Assembly: GCA_963682135.1 (NCBI GenBank)
Contig: OY821645.1
Coordinates: 32,001-96,000 of the forward strand
Direction: 5' to 3'
Origin: Methanothrix sp.
GTDB taxonomy: Archaea; Halobacteriota; Methanosarcinia; Methanotrichales; Methanotrichaceae
DNA: 64,000 bases
Made by a program: the position numbers and the translations under genes
Shown here: positions 28,639 through 38,866 of the stretch, in pieces
Numbering within the stretch: the stretch's first letter is position 1
Layout: every line of letters begins with the position of its first letter
The notes under the pieces: generated by a model
Databases searched by the model: none
Told to the model about the DNA's origin: nothing
Seen by the model: only the letters and a program-made list of their open reading frames with translations

Positions 28639-29019
28639 ATGGAAGAGAAGAAGAAATGCCTGTGTGGCGGCTTAGATGTGCGCGTTGTGACCTGCTCAGG
28701 AGCCTCAAATGTGGGACAGATCGCAAACCAGGCGGCAATAATGCTTGCTAAAGAGAAAGTGGCAGGATTCTTCTGTCTGGCAGGAGTGGGCGGCCATATC
28801 CCTGGAATGGTCAAAGCGGCAAAGCAAGCGGGTCTGATGGTGGCTATAGACGGCTGTCCGGTGCAGTGTGCTGCAAAGACACTGCAGCATGCCGAGATCG
28901 AACCGGCCATACAGGTAATTGTAACTGAGCTTGGCATTGAGAAGTCTCATGATATTGCCATTGATGAAAAGGTCTGCTCCCGAGTTGTGGAGAAAGTGAA
29001 AGAAGAGCTTGCGGCCTGA
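28639..29019 (+). CDS. DGC domain putative zinc-binding protein
   Basis: CSGASNVGQ, CLAGVG, AIDGCP..CA. Confidence 0.9.
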   Translation: MEEKKKCLCGGLDVRVVTCSGASNVGQIANQAAIMLAKEKVAGFFCLAGVGGHIPGMVKAAKQAGLMVAIDGCPVQCAAKTLQHAEIEPAIQVIVTELGIEKSHDIAIDEKVCSRVVEKVKEELAA

Positions 29020-29087
29020 AAAGAAAGGTGAAATAAGAGTTGTGGGTCGATGCTGCAAATTAGGAGCAAGATCGGCCCGGAGAATAA

Positions 29088-30410
29088 ATGACATTACGAA
29101 ATATTGTTTCAGATTCCGCAGGAAAGGCGATGCTCATTTACGGGATTGTATCCATTCTTTTGTATGGCCTGGTCCTGAGCTCGCCTGCCCTGGCGGAGAC
29201 GCAAACTGACAGCCTTGCGAAGGCGTTTGTATCACCTGTTGATCTCTCGCCGGATGATATTGTGCTGGACATCAGCCCAGATGCTACTCGATTCTTGGAA
29301 GGTGCCGTCAATATCAACTATGAGGACTTCATGGGGGAAGGAGGTCAGCTCAAGTCCGTAAAGGAAATAGCCGCTCTGCTTGGCGAAGCTGGCCTATTGA
29401 GCAATGATTCACTGGTTATCGCGGGCGAATGTCTTCCTTGCGGCGGCGGGCCATCGCCGGCGATCTTCTCTTACTGGCTGCTCAAGTACCTGGGGCATGA
29501 AAGAGTAAGAGTTCTGAGCGGTAGCATGGATGACTGGGCCGCATCCGGGCTGAACATCAGCAATAAATCCGCCACAAGACAGAAGACGGAATATATTCCT
29601 CACCTTGTGCCCGAGCTTCTCGCCACCTATGAGTTCGTGGTTAATGGCGCAGCCCAGATCGTGGATGCCAGGCCGGCCAGGGACTACGGCATTGGCTTTA
29701 TTCCCGGAGCCGTCAACATTCCTTACGAGAATGTGCTGGTAAATAAGAGCATTAAGCCGGTGGAGGATCTGTCGAAGGTCTTTACTAAGCTGGAGAAGGA
29801 TCGGCCCGTCGTGGTCTACACCAACGTGGGCGTCGAGGCTTCTTTGGTCTGGCTGGCGCTGACCCTCTCCGGCTACGATGCCAGGCTCTATACATGGCGG
29901 GATTGGCTGGAAAACCAGCCCAAATTCAACTTCGAGCTGATAGACATAGGAGCCAAACCCAATCCCGTAAGGTCTGGCTCGACTACAACCATAACGGCAT
30001 CCTTCCAGGAGAGACATATAGCCACTGCCGGCAATTCCTCAGGCGATGATGTCAAGCTCACGATCAAGGGATGCTCTACCTGCGGATTTGAAGGATTCGC
30101 TTTAGGAACCTCTGGTGCATCTGGTGCCTCTGGAAACAAATCTGGGACCATCCAACTAAGCTCCTCAGGCAAGACAATGCAGTCCAGCGCCGCCGGCCAG
30201 GATAACGCGTTGCACTGCACTGCCGTAATAAACGCCCCCGATGGCTCCAAGGTTGCAGGTACAAGCCTACTGCGCACCTCTGGATACAAATATGTAGGAA
30301 TCTGGAGTGCCAATGTAGCGCCCGGCATTTACAAGGTGAGCATAGCTGCCACATCTTCCAAAAGCGCCGAGACCTTTGAGGATGTTTTAAAGATAGAGGT
30401 AACCGGATAG
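29088..30410 (+). CDS. Secreted tandem rhodanese-like protein with C-terminal extension
   Basis: Signal/TM segment; LKYLGHERVRVLSG..W, IVDARP..Y..GFIPGAVNIP; canonical active-site Cys appears replaced (VYTNVG). Confidence 0.75.
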   Translation: MTLRNIVSDSAGKAMLIYGIVSILLYGLVLSSPALAETQTDSLAKAFVSPVDLSPDDIVLDISPDATRFLEGAVNINYEDFMGEGGQLKSVKEIAALLGEAGLLSNDSLVIAGECLPCGGGPSPAIFSYWLLKYLGHERVRVLSGSMDDWAASGLNISNKSATRQKTEYIPHLVPELLATYEFVVNGAAQIVDARPARDYGIGFIPGAVNIPYENVLVNKSIKPVEDLSKVFTKLEKDRPVVVYTNVGVEASLVWLALTLSGYDARLYTWRDWLENQPKFNFELIDIGAKPNPVRSGSTTTITASFQERHIATAGNSSGDDVKLTIKGCSTCGFEGFALGTSGASGASGNKSGTIQLSSSGKTMQSSAAGQDNALHCTAVINAPDGSKVAGTSLLRTSGYKYVGIWSANVAPGIYKVSIAATSSKSAETFEDVLKIEVTG

Positions 30411-30519
30411 GCCGGAGGGCCTATCATACCTCTCATTTCGCATAAATTCCAGATCCCAGGAACCAGGTGTCATCGACTCTCGAGACGTAGCTGAGCTTTA
30501 ACTGGTAGGATTGCGAAGG

Positions 30520-31826
30520 ACAGAGCGGGAAGTCCCCATCCTTCAGGGTGGGGATGAAAGCGGAGTCCTTTGCCATGATTACTTTCGCGCTGCCCTCAAC
30601 TAATATAAATATTAAGTATGCATATCTGTATTTATGATAATCAGCTACAAGTATCCCATCTTCCCTAACAAGGTCACTGCATGGAAGTTAGCGGAGAATT
30701 TGGATGCTTGCAGGTGGCTCTATAATCGGCTTCTCCAAGACCTGAATGAAGCAAAACGAAAAGGCATCAAGCTCAAGACCTATGATTCTCAGAACATGAT
30801 TCCTTCTTTGAAGCTCATAAATCCGAAGCTGAATCTCGTCTACTCTAAAGTTCTTCAGATGGTGAATTATACTCTTTGGTCTAACATCAAAGGACTCTTC
30901 GCATCAAAGAAGAACGGTCGGAAGATCGGTCATATTCGCTTCAAAGGGTATGGTTGGTACAATACCCTGAATTACAACCAATCCGGATTCAAGGTCGATC
31001 AAGATCACAGCATTTTGCATCTATCCAAGATAGGAGATATGCGGATCAAGATCTATCGAAAGATCGAAGGTTGCATCAAAGCTGTCATAATCAAGAGAGA
31101 AGGCAAGAGGTGGTTCGCCATAGTCCAGGCCGATCAGGAACCACAGCAGTTACCGGAAACTGGAGAAGCAGTAGGTCTGGATGTCGGTTTGACTTCCTTT
31201 GTGGTTGATTCTGTTGGCAATGAGATAGAGAATCCAAGATGTGGCGAGCAATCTGCTGATAAACTGGCAAGACTGCAACGAAAGCTAGCCAGAGCAGTGA
31301 GGGGATCGAATAATTATAAGTTCCTCAAGGATAAAATCGCTAAACTGCATAAAAGAATCAACTGCCAACGAGACGATTTCCTGCATAAGTTATCTCGGAT
31401 GTATGTCAACAACTTCGATATTGTTTGCGTCGAGGATCTTGATGTCAAAGGTCTGAAAGAGAAAGGCCATAATAATGGTATGCATCGCAGCATCCATGAT
31501 GCATCCTGGTCTAAGTTCATATTCATGCTTTCGTACAAGGCTCAAAGTGCTGGTCGAAAGTTGATAAAAGTAGAACCCAGGAACACCACTCAAAGGTGTT
31601 CAGCTTGTGGAAGCATCGTAAAGAAAGATTTGTCGGTACGAATACATGAGTGCCCTTATTGCGGATTCTCATGTGACAGAGACTACAATGCTTCCAGGAA
31701 CATACTCATCACAGGGATGGAACAGCCCGTAGCGCCCATAGAACCAAAACCTCTACATCACATAACAGTGATGCAAGTATTGGCGATGAAGTGGGAAGCC
31801 GCGCCCTTCAGGACGCGGTAGTTCAC
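30520..31826 (+). mobile_element. IS605/IS1341-type element encoding only TnpB (left boundary approximate)
   Basis: Left hairpin CCCCATCC-TTCA-GGGTGGGG (30534-30553); right hairpin GCCGCGCCC-TTCA-GGACGCGGT (31798-31819) followed by TTCAC ending 31826. Confidence 0.75.
30634..31821 (+). CDS. tnpB: RNA-guided endonuclease TnpB
   Basis: RuvC-I GLDVG, RuvC-II VEDL, Zn finger CSAC/CPYC, RuvC-III DRDYNASRNI. Confidence 0.95.
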   Translation: MIISYKYPIFPNKVTAWKLAENLDACRWLYNRLLQDLNEAKRKGIKLKTYDSQNMIPSLKLINPKLNLVYSKVLQMVNYTLWSNIKGLFASKKNGRKIGHIRFKGYGWYNTLNYNQSGFKVDQDHSILHLSKIGDMRIKIYRKIEGCIKAVIIKREGKRWFAIVQADQEPQQLPETGEAVGLDVGLTSFVVDSVGNEIENPRCGEQSADKLARLQRKLARAVRGSNNYKFLKDKIAKLHKRINCQRDDFLHKLSRMYVNNFDIVCVEDLDVKGLKEKGHNNGMHRSIHDASWSKFIFMLSYKAQSAGRKLIKVEPRNTTQRCSACGSIVKKDLSVRIHECPYCGFSCDRDYNASRNILITGMEQPVAPIEPKPLHHITVMQVLAMKWEAAPFRTR

Positions 31827-31951
31827 TATTATCATTATGACTATCTAATCGTATAAAATTCCCTCCTATACGAATTTTGCAGACTCTTCAGCCAATTCTC
31901 TGCCTATTGCATCACGCGGTCTCTTTGGCAGAAGATGAATATCAACACGGA

Positions 31952-32851
31952 CTAGAACTCTCCCAATGTGAATTGATCCTGCAGCCCGATCTCTTTGGAC
32001 CTGTGCTCTATCAAAAGCATATCCATCAGCAGAAAGGCGTTTTTCACCGACTTGGATCGAGCATGGTTGTTAAAGTACACTCTCACCTTGGCGGCCTTCA
32101 GCTCAGCCTCCTTGATGCGAGGCACCCAGGTCTCCAGTTGATCCTTCTTGTAGAGATAATCATATCTATTCAACCTGTGATCGTCCTCCTTTTCACCCTT
32201 GTCCTCGCCCTGATACCAGATATCGTAGTTGCGGCCGTGAAAACGCACATAGGCGTGATCCGCGGTCTGCTTTCTGCCGGCATGAATCCCGGGGCCGTCG
32301 ATCAGAACATTGGCGACATTCCTCTCTCTCAGAGCCTGCAGAGCATCGGGATCAATCTCCTTCTGGCCCATGCATAGCCAGCTCCTGTGCCGAAACTCGA
32401 CTGCGTAGTTGTACTCTTTGTGAGAGACTGAATCCAGAAGGCCTTTTAATGCGGCAAGGGCAGAATCATCATTCTTGAAGTAGGGGGAGAGCTGGAGCAG
32501 GACGCCACCCAGAAGGCCTGCTTCTGCCAGCGGCTTTATGCAGGTCTTCTCGAAAGAGGCGGCCCAGAAGACTGCTCGCTCTACATCCCCGTCCACGAGT
32601 GCTTTGTGGGTGACGAGCTGAGGCACTTTGACTGAGTACTCGAAGCCCTTCAAATCTCTAGCCTTCTTTATCCAGGACTGGACCTGCTTCTCTCCTGGAG
32701 GCCGGTAGAATGTGCTGTTGATCTCTACCGTCTGGAAGTAGTCTGCATAGTAAGAGAACCATTCGCCCTTCTTCCCGGCCAGATTCAACGGGTAGAATTT
32801 CCCCACCCAATCATCGTAAGACCAGCCGCTGCATCCCACCAGGATTGTCAT
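31952..32851 (-). CDS. DUF72 family protein
   Basis: GCSGWSYDDW, VEINSTFY, AVEFRH, YVRFHGR, YFNNH. Confidence 0.9.
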   Translation of the reverse strand: MTILVGCSGWSYDDWVGKFYPLNLAGKKGEWFSYYADYFQTVEINSTFYRPPGEKQVQSWIKKARDLKGFEYSVKVPQLVTHKALVDGDVERAVFWAASFEKTCIKPLAEAGLLGGVLLQLSPYFKNDDSALAALKGLLDSVSHKEYNYAVEFRHRSWLCMGQKEIDPDALQALRERNVANVLIDGPGIHAGRKQTADHAYVRFHGRNYDIWYQGEDKGEKEDDHRLNRYDYLYKKDQLETWVPRIKEAELKAAKVRVYFNNHARSKSVKNAFLLMDMLLIEHRSKEIGLQDQFTLGEF

Positions 32852-32997
32852 ATTATCTCTTTCGTACAGGTTCGTTAAACCTGCATTTATTACTATTTGA
32901 AGTATTAAGATTCTGGACACTTTGATTGCGGACACTTTCGCTCCGCTTCCGGCTTGCCCTCATATCCTCGTAGCTTTTTTGTATGGGGTGATTAGCT

Positions 32998-33231
32998 ATG
33001 GGGCGAAGTTTCGAGAGTGTGAGGATGGGCGTAAAGGACGTCTCTCTCCGGTGGCTGAAGGCCAGCCGGGCTCTGAAGAAGGATGACCAGATTTACGGGC
33101 AAATGGTGGCACTGATGGCCAAGAAGCACTCCAGCGAGGCTTTCTATGCGCTGGATGATCCGCTGGAAGCAGCGGTGTTCTCGGTGCTGGTGGAGATGAA
33201 AAAGGAGCTGGAGAGGAGGCAAGAAGAATAA
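32998..33231 (+). CDS. Small helical protein typical of PolB2 operons (arCOG07300-like)
   Basis: MGRSFESVR...W...RALKKDD...P.EAAVFSVLVE; 4 bp before polB2. Confidence 0.7.
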   Translation: MGRSFESVRMGVKDVSLRWLKASRALKKDDQIYGQMVALMAKKHSSEAFYALDDPLEAAVFSVLVEMKKELERRQEE

Positions 33232-33235
33232 GCAT

Positions 33236-35191
33236 ATGTGGATCTTCGACTCTTACTACAAGGGCTGCGTGGAGCTGTGGGGCCGGGAGAGAGGTCTCAC
33301 CAAAGCCAGTGCGACCTATCCTCAATCGTTCTACATGCATCTTCCGGACCCTCCCGCTCACAGGGAGATGATCGAGGCTCTGGAGAGTCGCTTCAAGGTA
33401 GAGGATTGTAGCTTTAAAACCATCTTCGGCACTTTTCAGGGCCACAGGATATATGCCGACCGAAAAGTTGCCGAGAAGATCGAGATCCAAACCCGCCACC
33501 AGGTCGAACTCTACAATGTCGATGTCCGCCAGGACCAGCGTTATCTGGCCGAGCACAATCTCTTCCCCTGTGGAGATGGTGATGATTCCCGGTTCTCGCC
33601 CGACTTTGCCGTTCCCCTGACCAGCCTGAAGCTGCAGCTGGCCGGTGATCCTTCTCTGCCCGGGGATATCAGCATCAGTCGCATTGAAATCCAGAATGGC
33701 CGCAAGCGAAGGCTGGAAGGATCGGAGAGAATGGTTCTCTGTGACCTCCTGGATCTCATCAAGGCTCATGATCCCGACCTGATCCTGTGTCCTCATGCCG
33801 ACACCTGGATTCCCATCATCCTCCGCAAGGCCAAAAGATACGGCCTGCAGTCCACCATCAGCCGCAGCGGCTTCTTCAAGCCGATGGCCTCCAAGTCCTA
33901 CTGGAGCTATGGAAAGGTGAGCCACAAAGAGGGCGCTCTCATCCCCGAGGGCCGGATACTCATAGACACTGCCAGGAGCTTCGTCTATGCCGAGAGCGGC
34001 CTGAAGGGCGTACTCATGGCCTCCCGGCTCTCCGGTCTCTCGCCGAACCTCACGGCCCGCTTCACGCCCGGAACACTCATCTCCAGCTACGAGGTCTTCG
34101 AGGCGCTGCGCCGGAACATAGCAGTGCCCTTTCGCAAGAGAGATGCAGAGGGCCACAGAAATATTTGCGAGCTGAGGGCCTGCGACAAAGGCGGCATGAT
34201 CTTCCAGCCCGAACCTGGGGTGTACGAGGCCGTCCACCAGATCGATTTCACATCCCTCTATCCCTCGATCATTGTGAAGTACAACCTCTCCCCCGAGACC
34301 ATCAGAGATCCCGAGCAGAAGGGCTTTTTGAGCACCGTTATCTCCTCGCTGCTCAATTTGCGCATCGAGACCAAGAGGCGAAAGAAGATCGACCCGGATT
34401 ATGCCGGCATAGACTCCATCCTTAAGTGGATGCTGGTAACCTGTTTCGGCTACACCGGCTACCGCAATGCCAAGTTCGGCCAGATCCAGGTCCATGAGCG
34501 GATCACTGGTATCTCCCGGGAGCTGCTCATGCAGATCAAGGAGCTGGCCGAGGTAATGGACTTTCAGGTCCTGCACGGCATTGTGGACTGTTTATGGGTT
34601 ATTGGTGAGCCCATAGCCGGCTTCAAGGAAGCTGTGGAGAAGGAGACCGGCATCCTGACGGAGGTGGATTCATACGATTGGATCGCTTTCCTGCCCATGG
34701 CAGACGGCTTTGGTGCCTACAACCGCTACTTTGGGCGGCTGGACACGGGCAAGATGAAGATCCGGGGAGTCATGGCCCGCAAAGCAGATACGCCTGAGTA
34801 CGTGCTGCGCATGCAAAAAGAGCTGTTCGAGATCCTGGCTGGGGCAGGGAGCCGGGAGGAGCTGAGGAGGATGCAGCCAGAGGCGCGAGAGGTGCGCCGG
34901 CGGTACTTGGAGGGGCTTGCAGGGGCAGGTGTAGACATCCGGGAGCTGGCCATTCATCGCCGGGTCAGCAGGCGCAGCTACTCCCGCAGGTGTGCTGAGG
35001 CTATGGCGGTAGCCGCTCACCAGAAGCAGGGTATTGCCCTGGAGCCGGGGATGGAGATAGGCTACGTGGTGAAGGATGCCAAAAGGTGGGAGGTGGAACC
35101 GGATAGGACTGCATCGGAGTACGATGCCGGGTATTACCGCAAACTTCTGGATAAGGCCTGGGAGGAGGTGGCGTATGTATTTACCGTTTGA
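33236..35191 (+). CDS. polB2: Family B DNA polymerase, PolB2 group (altered catalytic motifs)
   Basis: DFTSLYPSII; KWMLVTCFGYTG; HGIVDCL in place of YGDTDS. Confidence 0.85.
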   Translation: MWIFDSYYKGCVELWGRERGLTKASATYPQSFYMHLPDPPAHREMIEALESRFKVEDCSFKTIFGTFQGHRIYADRKVAEKIEIQTRHQVELYNVDVRQDQRYLAEHNLFPCGDGDDSRFSPDFAVPLTSLKLQLAGDPSLPGDISISRIEIQNGRKRRLEGSERMVLCDLLDLIKAHDPDLILCPHADTWIPIILRKAKRYGLQSTISRSGFFKPMASKSYWSYGKVSHKEGALIPEGRILIDTARSFVYAESGLKGVLMASRLSGLSPNLTARFTPGTLISSYEVFEALRRNIAVPFRKRDAEGHRNICELRACDKGGMIFQPEPGVYEAVHQIDFTSLYPSIIVKYNLSPETIRDPEQKGFLSTVISSLLNLRIETKRRKKIDPDYAGIDSILKWMLVTCFGYTGYRNAKFGQIQVHERITGISRELLMQIKELAEVMDFQVLHGIVDCLWVIGEPIAGFKEAVEKETGILTEVDSYDWIAFLPMADGFGAYNRYFGRLDTGKMKIRGVMARKADTPEYVLRMQKELFEILAGAGSREELRRMQPEAREVRRRYLEGLAGAGVDIRELAIHRRVSRRSYSRRCAEAMAVAAHQKQGIALEPGMEIGYVVKDAKRWEVEPDRTASEYDAGYYRKLLDKAWEEVAYVFTV

Positions 35192-35296
35192 TTTATATAG
35201 TATTACATTAAAAACATAATAAAGTTGTTCGACTCTTAATTCACATGTATTAATCAAATTGGAGTATACCATCATGATGTATTTATCTTGGTAGGG

Positions 35297-35455
35297 ATGA
35301 GTATGGGGCGCCCCAGGAAAAACAGAGACAACTTGGTTGGCAGGGCAGGTCGGCAGGCTATAGAGCAGGAAGATCTGCAGCGTGAGTCGCAGAAGTGGAT
35401 GCGTAAGAAAGAGACGCTGGCCAGGTTTGCGCAGCGAATCGATAGAAGCCGCTAA
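35297..35455 (+). CDS. Small basic hypothetical protein (52 aa)
   Basis: Hand translation MSMGRPRKNRDNLVGRAGRQAIEQEDLQRESQKWMRKKETLARFAQRIDRSR. Confidence 0.4.
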   Translation: MSMGRPRKNRDNLVGRAGRQAIEQEDLQRESQKWMRKKETLARFAQRIDRSR

Positions 35456-35475
35456 AATGAGATAGGAGATATAAA

Positions 35476-35820
35476 ATGAGTGATGAAACGGTTAAGTCAA
35501 GGATTTGCCCTGCTATGGGTGTGTGCCATTTGGAAACGGGCGTGCAGGCGATCATCCCTATGCAGATAGAGCCGGAAAAGATTGTTGAGGCACTGGAAGC
35601 CGTTCTAAATGCCGTTAAAAACAATATAGCAGAGGGCGTTGGCTGTTATCAGATAGCATGTATGATGTCGAACGACGTTGGCGCGATGTTGGTGGTAAGC
35701 ACTGATACCGATGATGGCATACCTGAATCACTTGATGCGCTCCAAGTCGCGGCTAAGGCATTTGCCCAGGGTGCAGTCAATGCAAAAGCCAAATGGGAAA
35801 TGCAGAATAAGAATGAGTAA
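35476..35820 (+). CDS. Hypothetical protein
   Basis: 114 aa ATG ORF with AGGAGA ribosome-binding site. Confidence 0.6.
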   Translation: MSDETVKSRICPAMGVCHLETGVQAIIPMQIEPEKIVEALEAVLNAVKNNIAEGVGCYQIACMMSNDVGAMLVVSTDTDDGIPESLDALQVAAKAFAQGAVNAKAKWEMQNKNE

Positions 35821-36216
35821 TTGTATGATTGTATGATTGTATGATGGTTTTGGCCAGAGAGGCTAATTGCAATGGCCATGCGTGCTGCATGCTCCCACGT
35901 GGCAACCTGCGTGCCGGGCCTGGGGGCCACGGTGATTTTTTGCGATTTCTATAAAATGCAGTCTCAAAGATAGGCAAAGTCAACCATGAAGAGGGCTGCC
36001 AATTCAGCCGAATTAAGCTATAGTGGTTGCACACTTCTCATAATCGATAACCTCGATAACCGCAAAGTATATAATTGCCATAGTTCGTATCGTCATCTGT
36101 CGTAGAGTGGGACGGCATTTCGTGACTTGGGTAAATATACTCATGTTTGATCTAGCTTTGGCTCTATCGCAAAAATTAGAAGAACGACTGGAAAATGCAC
36201 ATGTGGGTGGTGTTAT

Positions 36217-36585
36217 ATGAAGTATTCGAAAAAAGCAGTATTTACAGCCCTTTTGATCGCCTTGATTGCCTTGATCGCACCCGTTCTTGCAGAATCGCCC
36301 TCGGAAGCTATAAAACCTAATCGTGATGCCAATAACCAGTCCATTAACAGGACTATAATAAATCCAATGGACCCGGGATATGTTTGGGGAAATCCGCGGG
36401 CCATAAATCTAACCAACTTGAATCCGGGCATATTTGAAAGCAGTGCTTTCAATAAGATTCCTGGCGGCTTGATGTCGGATATGTTCACTGCCAGCATCAA
36501 TAACTTCCGCAGCGCGGACCCCAAGGCAGGCGTCAGCAATGCCACCAGGAAAGCGGCAAAGGTAGGATTGGTTAACTGGCCTTGA
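36217..36585 (+). CDS. Hypothetical secreted protein
   Basis: Signal peptide MKYSKKAVFTALLIALIALIAPVLA. Confidence 0.7.
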   Translation: MKYSKKAVFTALLIALIALIAPVLAESPSEAIKPNRDANNQSINRTIINPMDPGYVWGNPRAINLTNLNPGIFESSAFNKIPGGLMSDMFTASINNFRSADPKAGVSNATRKAAKVGLVNWP

Positions 36586-36639
36586 AATGAAATATGATGC
36601 AGGTGAAAAGCTAATAAATCCCTTTGCATATTAGCTATC

Positions 36640-37365
36640 GTGAAATCCTCTGGCCCCCTGGTCTTTACCTTATCTCGGATTGAGAACCTCATGTATCAGG
36701 TGAGCTTTGATCCGGTGAAGATGAATGGAAAAATCATTACCAACACCTCTCTGGTAGAAAAGCAATACCTTAATGAGACGTTAGCCGTCTTTTATGATAT
36801 CATTCAAAGCGGCCTCTCCGTCTCGCCTTTGATTACGTTGGGAGAAGAGAGTGGACTGATACAGATTAAGACCGCTTGCAGTCTGACCATTAGCGGCGTT
36901 TTGCTCAAGTCCGGCATACCGGTGCGCCCCAAAGGCGGCGGCCTGATTGAGGTAATCGAGCGCGAGCCGATCAGATTCACAGACATGCTCATGTACTGGG
37001 CCACAACCATCGATCCCATAGACGTTCTCACCTCTCAGGAGCTGACGGACATCACGGGAATGATGCGTACGGGAAACGGTCGCATCCTGGGAAATCTGCA
37101 GGAGGCACCCATGCTGGCCAGGGAGAAAATCGAGGAGGTGCTTGAGCTTCTTTCTGCGGCAGAGTTTACCGGAGTCCTGGAGCTGTCTGAGCCGAATATG
37201 AATGTGTTGGGCGCTTCTGTGGAGAGGGATCACGTGGGAATAGCTCTAGTGGGCGGCACAAATCTGGTAGCGGCCGCTCGGGAATGTGGTATTTGTATTA
37301 AGCACGAGTCGATCAGTGGGCTGACCGATGTCGCTGAGATGAGGCATATTGAAGAGCTGATTTGA
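36640..37365 (+). CDS. NrpR-related DUF128 regulatory-domain protein (NrpRII-like, no HTH)
   Basis: FTLSRIENLMYQVSFDP, TACSLTISGVLLKSGIPV.P.GGG, TTIDP, GGTN. Confidence 0.75.
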   Translation: MKSSGPLVFTLSRIENLMYQVSFDPVKMNGKIITNTSLVEKQYLNETLAVFYDIIQSGLSVSPLITLGEESGLIQIKTACSLTISGVLLKSGIPVRPKGGGLIEVIEREPIRFTDMLMYWATTIDPIDVLTSQELTDITGMMRTGNGRILGNLQEAPMLAREKIEEVLELLSAAEFTGVLELSEPNMNVLGASVERDHVGIALVGGTNLVAAARECGICIKHESISGLTDVAEMRHIEELI

Positions 37366-37484
37366 TTTTTGATTGAATTAGCCGTATCCAAGCATGTCCT
37401 GCGTTCTGGGCGGCTCACGCCCTGCGGCGCGTTTTTTCGCGCGCGGCATCCCTGCATAGCGGATTACAGGAAATAACTTAAAAG

Positions 37485-37774
37485 GAAAAGTTAAGATAGT
37501 AGTAATGCCATCTCGCGGATGCACTAGATTTGGCGAGCATGCCCCTGCCGGGCAGGGCCGTCCGGGCCAGACGGATGGACTTAATGGGACGGAGAACGTC
37601 CCATTTTCACGCATCGAGGTGGTGTTCAGTTTCCTAGGAGATGCGTGAAAGGTCTGTGCATATCGAAAAGGGCCTTATGCAACTGTTAACTTTCTGAAAG
37701 TATTAGTATAAGTTGACATTATGCGTGAAAATCGTCTTTTTTTCGATATCTGTGAAGGCCGAAAAATGGCCGCC
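37485..37774 (+). promoter_or_regulatory. CRISPR leader of array 1
   Basis: Homologous to 42991-43282; shared end TTTTTTCGATATCTGTGAAGGCCGAAAAATGGCCGC abuts the first repeat. Confidence 0.8.
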
Positions 37775-38471
37775 GTCTCCATGACTGAAAAGTCGTGGCC
37801 GAATTGAAACTAATGTACGTTCTGCGTATCAATGGTTCCCATGGTAGTCTCCATGACTGAAAAGTCGTGGCCGAATTGAAACTAAAAATCAGATACTAAC
37901 GTTTCGGACTCACGGTCAGGTCTCCATGACTGAAAAGTCGTGGCCGAATTGAAACCATTAGCTAACGCAAAAGAATACCTCGCGCTAACTAAGTCTCCAT
38001 GACTGAAAAGTCGTGGCCGAATTGAAACGCTCTGAAAGCTTGCGTTTCTCGCGTTCCATCTCTTTTGTCTCCATGACTGAAAAGTCGTGGCCGAATTGAA
38101 ACCTTTTATCAGCCATTATACAGCTTCTTGTAAACGAGTCTCCATGACTGAAAAGTCGTGGCCGAATTGAAACCTTGGTTCGGCAGGGAATTCTGTGAGG
38201 TTGTCTGACTGTCTCCATGACTGAAAAGTCGTGGCCGAATTGAAACGGAGAGCTCTGACATTAAATCGCCTCCGACCCTCGCCAGTCTCCATGACTGAAA
38301 AGTCGTGGCCGAATTGAAACCATCTACATCATGTAGTTTTTTCAAACTCACCACTTCCCTTGTCTCCATGACTGAAAAGTCGTGGCCGAATTGAAACTTG
38401 TCAAAGTTCTCTTTGAACTTCAACGAGTGGGCATTGTCTCCATGACTGAACAGTCGTGGCCGAACTGAAAC
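37775..38471 (+). CRISPR. CRISPR array 1: 10 repeats, 9 spacers (35-41 bp)
   Basis: 36 bp repeat GTCTCCATGACTGAAAAGTCGTGGCCGAATTGAAAC with internal hairpin and ATTGAAAC end; last repeat degenerate, fixing + orientation. Confidence 0.98.
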
Positions 38472-38559
38472 TCTCTATCGTTTTGATATACCTTCAGAAC
38501 GCTATTTGTAGATATGCAGTCAAAAATAAGACGTCCTGCTAATTGAGACGGCCGGGGAC

Positions 38560-38796
38560 GTGCGGCTGGAAAGTGGCGGCGATACCGATTATGAGCTATA
38601 TGAGCTTATAGGCAAACACCCTGGACAGGGCGCTTATGAGCTCTCTAAGCTGAACGGCTGGACTGCAGGCCGCACACACTCATCAATATTGCGATTGGAG
38701 AAAAAAGGGCTCGTATTTGTGGAGCGCATTGTTCAAGGTGGGAGGACAAAGCTTGTGGTTCGTCCCAGGCCATGGCAGAATTTCTTCACACGATGA
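38560..38796 (+). CDS. Small winged-helix (MarR-like) DNA-binding protein
   Basis: LYELIGKHPG..AYELSKLNGWT..RTHSSILRLEKKGLV. Confidence 0.65.
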   Translation: MRLESGGDTDYELYELIGKHPGQGAYELSKLNGWTAGRTHSSILRLEKKGLVFVERIVQGGRTKLVVRPRPWQNFFTR

Positions 38797-38866
38797 AATG
38801 CGTCGGCCCGGATACTTCGATGATGTCGAAAAATGGCTGAGCGAACAGAGGGCTGAAGGGCCACTA

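Noticed and set aside
30634-31821. TnpB as a Cas12-like effector for the arrays
   Set aside because: It has its own IS605-type ends and lies 6 kb from the arrays with unrelated genes between.
32996-34576. 526 aa minus-strand ORF and similar long antisense ORFs (4769-5536, 21995-22849, 23309-24163, 46510-47244)
   Set aside because: Antisense shadows of well-supported genes with strong codon bias.
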